From positions 1 to 27,246 of the IMG/VR virus record IMGVR_UViG_3300037518_000341: a stretch of 27,246 nucleotides of DNA. One strand, 5' to 3'. Positions within the stretch are counted from its first letter, which is position 1, and each line of letters begins with the position of its first letter. This document shows, piece by piece, positions 23,206-27,246 of this stretch. This DNA is from a virus. Taxonomy: Duplodnaviria; Caudoviricetes. A model generated the notes under the pieces. It saw only the letters and a program-made list of their open reading frames with translations. It was not told the DNA's origin and did no database searches. Made by a program: the position numbers and the translations under genes.

Positions 23206-24309
23206 ATGGAAATTCAGCGACGATCCCTGGAACTAATCAAGCAAATTGGTGGGCACCTCGGCCTGAGGGTGGACCGGGTCAAGGATCAGTTCGGGACCTC
23301 GTATATCCTTAAGCAGCTTGACGAGAGCGGCGTTAACATTGAGGAAAACCTTCGGGGCCTCCGTAATGAGGCGGAGATGCTCAAGCTTCTGAGCGGACTG
23401 GAGGTAGTGCCCCGGCTGATTTCCAGCGGAGATAACTACGTTCTCCAGGAGGATCTGGGCGACGGCGAACCCGTCACCGACCCTGAGCTATTCCGCCGCA
23501 ACTGCGTCAAAATGCTGGCCTGCTTGCGGGACCTCGGGGTGCGCCACGGCGACCTCACCGGCCCTCAATCCGGGGGGGAGTCCAACATCATCGCGAAGGG
23601 TAACTGGCCCTGGGTGGTGGACTGGCAAGAGGCGCACCTGCTCACTGACCCGGCCCCGCAGAAAAGCCCCTACTCCGACTCCTGGCTGCTGATGCGGACC
23701 CTCGCCGATTGGCCCACCGCCACGGGAGAGACGCTGGACACCCCCCGGGTGGCCCGGCGGTGGCAGGCGGTGCTGGAGGCGCTGGGCGCTCATACTGACC
23801 TCACCCTGCCCCTGCTGGGTAAGTTCTTTATCGACCTGGGGACGTACCAGGGGGATTTTCCCGCCCTGGCCTCTGCCGAGGGCATGAACACCATCGGCTT
23901 GGATTTGGGCGGTTTTCGGTCAGGGGAGGACTCGATAAAACAGGGCAGCGAATTGTGGCGGCTCTTCCCCTTCGGAACTATGTTCTTACAGCATGCCGAT
24001 ATCATGGTCTATCACATTCCCACAATCAGAAACTTTGACGTGGGGATGATGTTCAGCACGTTCCCCTACCTGGTGCAGAGCCACGGCGACCGGGCCTATG
24101 AGCGCCTGGCGGAGTGGATGGCCGCCTGCGAAGTCTTCTTCTTCGAGACGCAGCTGGAGGGCGACGGGCCCGGGCTGGCGGTTCACCCGGACCTGGACAC
24201 CGTTGGCGAGATGCTGGTCACCCTGGCCCCGGGCCGGGAGGTTCGCCCGCTGGTGACAATTCCGGTGACGGGGAGGGACGCCAGCAGGACCGTTTTTGAG
24301 GTGCGGTGA
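23206..24309 (+). CDS. Kinase-like plus SAM methyltransferase fusion
   Basis: ILKQ..E...VPRL..LQE.L...RHGDL...NI...VVDW (kinase fold), then FIDLGTYQG..IGLD (Rossmann MTase); AGGAGG SD. Confidence 0.75.
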   Translation: MEIQRRSLELIKQIGGHLGLRVDRVKDQFGTSYILKQLDESGVNIEENLRGLRNEAEMLKLLSGLEVVPRLISSGDNYVLQEDLGDGEPVTDPELFRRNCVKMLACLRDLGVRHGDLTGPQSGGESNIIAKGNWPWVVDWQEAHLLTDPAPQKSPYSDSWLLMRTLADWPTATGETLDTPRVARRWQAVLEALGAHTDLTLPLLGKFFIDLGTYQGDFPALASAEGMNTIGLDLGGFRSGEDSIKQGSELWRLFPFGTMFLQHADIMVYHIPTIRNFDVGMMFSTFPYLVQSHGDRAYERLAEWMAACEVFFFETQLEGDGPGLAVHPDLDTVGEMLVTLAPGREVRPLVTIPVTGRDASRTVFEVR

Positions 24310-24436
24310 TGGACAGAGATCTGGGGGATTTGATAGTTGAACTTAAACCTCACGTTTCTCAGCTGATGCAGCAGTGTCAGGCATTGCCAGAGGGCGCACC
24401 CCTGGTGCAACGAACATATATGGTGCAGAGGTAACG

Positions 24437-25144
24437 ATGATTGGCATCATGTTGCTCACCTACGAACGCACCGACTATGCTCTGGAGACCCTGGAGGGCC
24501 TCAATAGCTACCTCCACACCACAGAGCCGGTCCACCTCCACATCGCCGACGATGGCTCGCGCCAAGAGCATTGGGAGACCATCCTGAACTACGCGCAACG
24601 GCTGACCTGGGTGGCCAGGCTGACCAGCAGCAACAGCGGACGGCAGGGGTACGGGGCCAACTACAACCTCGGCACCCAGGCCATTCACCAGGATTGCGAT
24701 ATCATCCTGCCCCTGGAGGATGACTGGCGGCTGGTGCGTGACCTCCGGCTGGACCCCCTGGCGGCGATACTGCGGAACGATCCGCGGGTGGCGTGCATCC
24801 GCCTGGGGTACATCGGCTGGACCCAGCCGTTGCGGGGCGAGTTCTTCGCCTCCCAGGGGCAGACCCTGCTACTGCTGGACCCCGACTCACCGGAGCCTCA
24901 TGTAGCTAGTGGACACCCAAGATTGGAAACTAGACAATACCAACGTGGTGTCGGACCCTGGACAGCAGGGTTAAGAGCAGGTGAAACCGAATTGGATTGG
25001 TGCAGGCGTGAAGCGGCAAGAAAAGGGGTGGCTTGGCCTGCGGATTTAATTCATCCTCGGGGCGACTTATTTGCCCATATAGGGACGGTGAGCGTATCAC
25101 ATGAATACCCAGACGGAAGAATGGCGTCCAGTAGTGGGGTTTGA
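24437..25144 (+). CDS. Glycosyltransferase family 2
   Basis: LLTYER...IADDGS...GYGANYN...LEDDW...HIG; ATG 24437 with GAGGT SD. Confidence 0.85.
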   Translation: MIGIMLLTYERTDYALETLEGLNSYLHTTEPVHLHIADDGSRQEHWETILNYAQRLTWVARLTSSNSGRQGYGANYNLGTQAIHQDCDIILPLEDDWRLVRDLRLDPLAAILRNDPRVACIRLGYIGWTQPLRGEFFASQGQTLLLLDPDSPEPHVASGHPRLETRQYQRGVGPWTAGLRAGETELDWCRREAARKGVAWPADLIHPRGDLFAHIGTVSVSHEYPDGRMASSSGV

Positions 25145-25673
25145 ACAGGATTACGAAATCAGCAGTTTGGGGCGTGTCCGCAGTCTGAAAAACAAGACTA
25201 ATTCTAAGGTCGGACGAATCCTAAAAACCTGTCTGACTCATGGATATCCATATATTATCCTATACCAAGACAACCAACGGTTTCCTTTCTCAGTTCATGT
25301 ATTAGTCGCCAGGACTTTTCTTGGTGTTGTTCCAGATGGTAAGGAGGTCCACCATATTGATGGCAGCCGCAATAACAATAATCTCGAGAATCTAGCCTAT
25401 GTAAGCCGCGCTCACAACGTTTCTGAAGGATATCGAATTGGCAATAATCGGTCGGGTGAGGACCATGAATGGCATAAGTTGACAGTTAATCAAGTACGAG
25501 AAATTCGCAGAGCTTATCAATCAGGTGAGGGGGGTTATAAGAACCTGGCGAAACGTTTCAATCTCCCCTGGGGCACTATACGCAATATCGTTAAAGGGCG
25601 CAGATGGAAACACATCGGCACCGTCTCCAGCGAGTCAATCCGCGAGGAGCGGGAAGGGGCGGCTCCCGCGTGA
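25101..25673 (+). CDS. NUMOD4-HNH-HTH homing endonuclease, AT-rich
   Basis: EEWRPVVGFE..YEISSLGRVRS (NUMOD4); VHVLVA.TF..EVHHIDG.R.NN.LENL..HN. Confidence 0.93.
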   Translation: MNTQTEEWRPVVGFEQDYEISSLGRVRSLKNKTNSKVGRILKTCLTHGYPYIILYQDNQRFPFSVHVLVARTFLGVVPDGKEVHHIDGSRNNNNLENLAYVSRAHNVSEGYRIGNNRSGEDHEWHKLTVNQVREIRRAYQSGEGGYKNLAKRFNLPWGTIRNIVKGRRWKHIGTVSSESIREEREGAAPA

Positions 25674-25969
25674 CCCTACAGAACCGGTCTTGCCCGGAAT
25701 GCTTCGAGGAATTCCCGAACAAACTGCGGCTGGGCCAGCATCATTGGGACTATTGGCCGAATCCGGGATTCTTGAAAGAATGGCACTTTGCGCGGTATCC
25801 TGTCATGTTCATTTTCGAGGGCAACGCGGTAGGAGTACGGGAATGTTCCCGGTGCCATCGTCAGGAATTCATGCCCCTACGCTACCGTTGGAATTCTCCC
25901 TTCCCGCTGAATCCAGAGATTATTGCTGAATGGTGGGAATGGGTTGGAGAATGGGAGGCGTTGGCGTGA
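25670..25969 (+). CDS. Small putative Zn-finger protein
   Basis: GTGA overlap; CPEC...F....L..HH and CSRCH. Confidence 0.55.
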   Translation: MTLQNRSCPECFEEFPNKLRLGQHHWDYWPNPGFLKEWHFARYPVMFIFEGNAVGVRECSRCHRQEFMPLRYRWNSPFPLNPEIIAEWWEWVGEWEALA

Positions 25970-26180
25970 GACAGTTTGAGGCGGTCCCGGATTTTGTGAG
26001 GGGGCGTTAACACATCTGATATGGTGCGGGAGAGTCAAAGATGTTGGGTCTCAGGGGTATCAGCGGACGCCCAGGCCGGATGTGGGTGCCTGGGGCTGGC
26101 CCAGGTGCCGGGCTGCGCGGCGTGCTGCTCTTGACACATCAGCCCCGAAGCCTTAGAAGGATCGAAGGTACACACGCCCT

Positions 26181-27246
26181 ATGGTAGAGACACTAAAACT
26201 GCACCTCCTGCCCAACTTCCGGGGCGACGACCAGGGCGACGGTGGGATCCGCCGAGTTGTGGAAGCTCAGGAGCGGCACCTGCCGGCCCTGGGCTATGAG
26301 ATCGTGCCCACCATCGCCCAGGCCGATATCATTGCCACCCATGCCGGGAACCACCCCGACGTTCCGCCGGGCAAGCCCTGGGTGGTCCACTGCCACGGCC
26401 TCTATTGGGCCGAGTACCAGTGGGCCAACTGGCACTACGATTTGAACGCCAGGGTGGTCCAGGCCATGCGCCAGGCCGATGCGGTCACCGCGCCGTCCGC
26501 CTGGGTTGCTCAGGCCATCCGGCGCAATATGTGGCTCAGCCCGTCGGTCCTGAGCCACGGCGTGGACCTGGAGGACTGGCCGTATGACCCAGGCCGGAGC
26601 CAGGGGTATGTCCTCTGGAACAAGAGCCGTCCCGACCCAGTGTGTGACCCCTGGCCCCTGGTGGAGTTGGGGCGACTCATGCCCCGGCAGAGCTTTCTCA
26701 CCACCTACTACCCCCAGAGCATGGAGCCGCTGCCCAACGTCACGGTGACCGGCACCCTGCCCTTCACCGAGGCCAAGGTCGTGGTCCAGGAAGCGGAGAT
26801 ATACCTCTGTACCACCAGGGAGACCTTCGGCGTCGGGACGCTGGAGGCGATGGCCGCGGGGGTGCCCGTGGTGGGCTGGGATTGGGGCGGTCAGCACGAG
26901 ATCATCAAGCACGGGGTGACTGGTTGGTTGGCCACCCCAGGCGACCTGGACGGGTTGGCGGAGGGCATCAAATGGGCCAGGATTAACCGTGAGGACATTG
27001 CCCGGGAAGCGCGGATTGACGTTGAGGAGCGGTTCCAATGGCAGGACCGGATCATCGGATATGATCGTCTCTACCGGCGGATGGTGCAGCAGAGTCAGGC
27101 CACCCGACCCAAGGTGTCAGTGGTGGTGCCCCTCTACAACCTGGGGCGCTATCTCACGACCGCGGTCAACAGCGTCATTGCCCAGACGCTGACCGATTGG
27201 GACATGGTGATCGTGGACGACTGCTCCACCGACACCAGCCGGGCGG
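26181..27246 (+). CDS. GT4-GT2 glycosyltransferase fusion, partial (runs off the window; missing from the ORF track)
   Basis: Translated by hand from ATG 26181: GGIRRVV...HCHG...ETFGVGTLEAMAAGVPVV (GT4 Ex7E), then PKVSVVVPLYN...IVDDCSTD (GT2). Confidence 0.9.
   Translation, partial: MVETLKLHLLPNFRGDDQGDGGIRRVVEAQERHLPALGYEIVPTIAQADIIATHAGNHPDVPPGKPWVVHCHGLYWAEYQWANWHYDLNARVVQAMRQADAVTAPSAWVAQAIRRNMWLSPSVLSHGVDLEDWPYDPGRSQGYVLWNKSRPDPVCDPWPLVELGRLMPRQSFLTTYYPQSMEPLPNVTVTGTLPFTEAKVVVQEAEIYLCTTRETFGVGTLEAMAAGVPVVGWDWGGQHEIIKHGVTGWLATPGDLDGLAEGIKWARINREDIAREARIDVEERFQWQDRIIGYDRLYRRMVQQSQATRPKVSVVVPLYNLGRYLTTAVNSVIAQTLTDWDMVIVDDCSTDTSRA

Noticed and set aside
24896-25673. Group I intron around the NUMOD4-HNH
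   Set aside because: The HNH overlaps coding sequence on both sides, leaving no room for a ribozyme core.
26131-26159. TTGACA promoter before the GT4-GT2 gene
   Set aside because: Perfect -35, but only TAGAAG at 17-bp spacing; not well enough supported.

Overview
A GC-rich tailed dsDNA phage or prophage segment with nearly all genes on the + strand. Order: end of an early/middle region (VRR-NUC nuclease, small Zn-binding and RHH proteins, a mom-like remnant with a tRNA-Gly-like RNA), terS, terL, a fibre/decoration module, an intein-containing portal-MuF fusion, a gp10-like gene, an HNH-protease-scaffold fusion, major capsid protein, and a glycan synthesis cluster (PseB-like, RmlD-like, GT2s, kinase-methyltransferase, GT4-GT2) running off the right end. 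It carries 10 HNH domains (9 free-standing). Three observations stand out. (1) The 315-aa intein has no in-frame endonuclease; an HTH + Vsr/DUF559-like endonuclease is encoded on the opposite strand, codon-aligned and fully nested, with its Shine-Dalgarno inside the intein block F codons. (2) Five dispersed HNH cassettes share a sense -10, a covarying hairpin with an A-tract, and an antisense extended -10 in codons 4-7, predicting a ~60-75 nt cis-antisense RNA over the RBS. (3) A non-canonical tRNA-Gly(TCC) lies beside the mom-like fragment. Protein calls come from motif recognition by eye; no searches were run.
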